A DNA stretch of 64,000 nt, taken from contig NW_027142325.1 of the NCBI RefSeq assembly GCF_036365525.1, positions 248,001-312,000 of the forward strand, given 5' to 3'. Made by a program: the position numbers and the translations under genes. Of the stretch, positions 62,876 to 64,000 are shown in pieces (position 1 is the first letter of the stretch; the number at the start of each line of letters is the position of its first letter). Source of the stretch: Heterodontus francisci. Taxonomy: Eukaryota. A model generated the notes under the pieces. The model was not told the DNA's origin. It worked only from the letters and a program-made list of their open reading frames with translations, and made no database searches.

Positions 62876-64000
62876 GCTCTTATGATCCTGTTGTTTTTTG
62901 GGGGGAAAATATGTGGTGTGCCTTTGAGATGCCAAAAGATCTGAACTGCTTTAAGAACAAGCAAGCCTCAGGAGTTACCAAGAAGGTGCATTTTGGTTGC
63001 CCGTGGATACAACCATGTGGAGAGAGAGCCAACCAGGTTCCAAGGGTGCATCCTGGTTGCCTTGGATATAACCACTCGGAGATTGAGGGTCGGTATACAA
63101 TGCTACGATTGACTTTTAAAGTGGCTTTTTATTTGAGACAGATTGTTCTAACCGACAGACAGCTGGGCCAGCATGAACTGACCAGAGATCTCTGTTAATT
63201 TAAACTGAAGAAAGTAAATTTAGACTATTTTACCCCCCCCCCACCCCCTCAAAATTCTAAAAGTTAAGCCACATTGATTTCTTTGAAAGTGGTAGCAAAC
63301 TGTTGCTGTGTTCATCGCTGGACAAGAAGAACAACACTTCAACTGCTGAACTAGACTAGTGATTGTCCTACTGTTGGAGAACCTTCCCCCCCACCATCCC
63401 CCATCAGACAACTGCGAAGACTTCGAGCAACATTGGATAGTTTCTACATTGGGAAGATTCCATTTCGACAGGAGTGTAAATCTGCAAGGACTTTGTTACT
63501 TCTATTTTTAACTGTTGTTTTATCTTAATAGTGTTTAAGAATTTAGTTTTTCTAATAAACAGTTAATTTGTTGATCTAAAGACACCTGGTTTAGTTCATA
63601 CCATTCAGGGGTTAATAGATGGTTCAATTCGCCTGTGATTTTCTTTAGTTTGGAAAGTTTAAAGTTAGGCAATCTGTGGAGTGACAGGTCTCAATTGACA
63701 GTGCATTGCTCCCACCGCAATTAGAATTGTATATTTTTATTAGGGGCTTTGTCTTGAGCGGTCATGTCGTAACATATTAATTGGGGGCTCGCTCATGATT
63801 GAATCTTATTTTAATTAAATGGCTCACATCTGGGGTCAGAATGAGACTAATTTGGAGGGTTTGCAATTGGAATCATATTAATTACTCATTTCTGGGATAA
63901 CATATTTAAATTGGGGTCAATTGGAAACTCAATTGTTGGGATCTAATGTAACGCCAATTACAAAGAAATAAAGAACCAGATCTCTTGTATAATAAGGTAA
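62875..64000 (+). mobile_element. 5' LTR (to 63774) + tRNA-Pro PBS of an LTR retrotransposon extending beyond the window
   Basis: ..gtcgtaaca LTR end followed by TGGGGGCTCG (63782-63791), complementary to the tRNA-Pro 3' end; left boundary approximate. Confidence 0.75.

Overview
Repeat-dense vertebrate genomic DNA, almost certainly from a cartilaginous fish (HE1-type tRNA SINEs, Deu-domain SINE, abundant CR1 with an esterase ORF1). The only host gene I can build is a + strand Siglec-15-like Ig receptor. It has four exons with compatible splice phases: V-set 1 (5498-5890), V-set 2 (7203-7553), a transmembrane exon with a central Lys (21322-21421) and a very short tail (24785-24800); its leader exon lies upstream of the window. 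A candidate signal-peptide exon for another gene sits at 53451-53511. The rest is a 65-bp intronic satellite (1-5335) and nested retroelements: CR1, RTE, Tx1, Penelope-like elements with hammerhead relics, Gmr1-type LTR elements, solo LTRs and SINEs. Main observations: (1) a V-V architecture replaces the V-C2 of Siglec-15, giving a putative DAP12-coupled activating receptor; (2) Tx1 LINE poly(A) junctions fall three times at the same nucleotide of a ~67-71-bp repeat unit, suggesting a target-specific family; (3) a Penelope 3' end carries an exact 74-bp copy of a flank located 40 kb away; (4) a ~2.4-kb foldback element lies in the last intron. Element boundaries without a stated TSD are approximate, and family names come from recalled motifs, not database searches.
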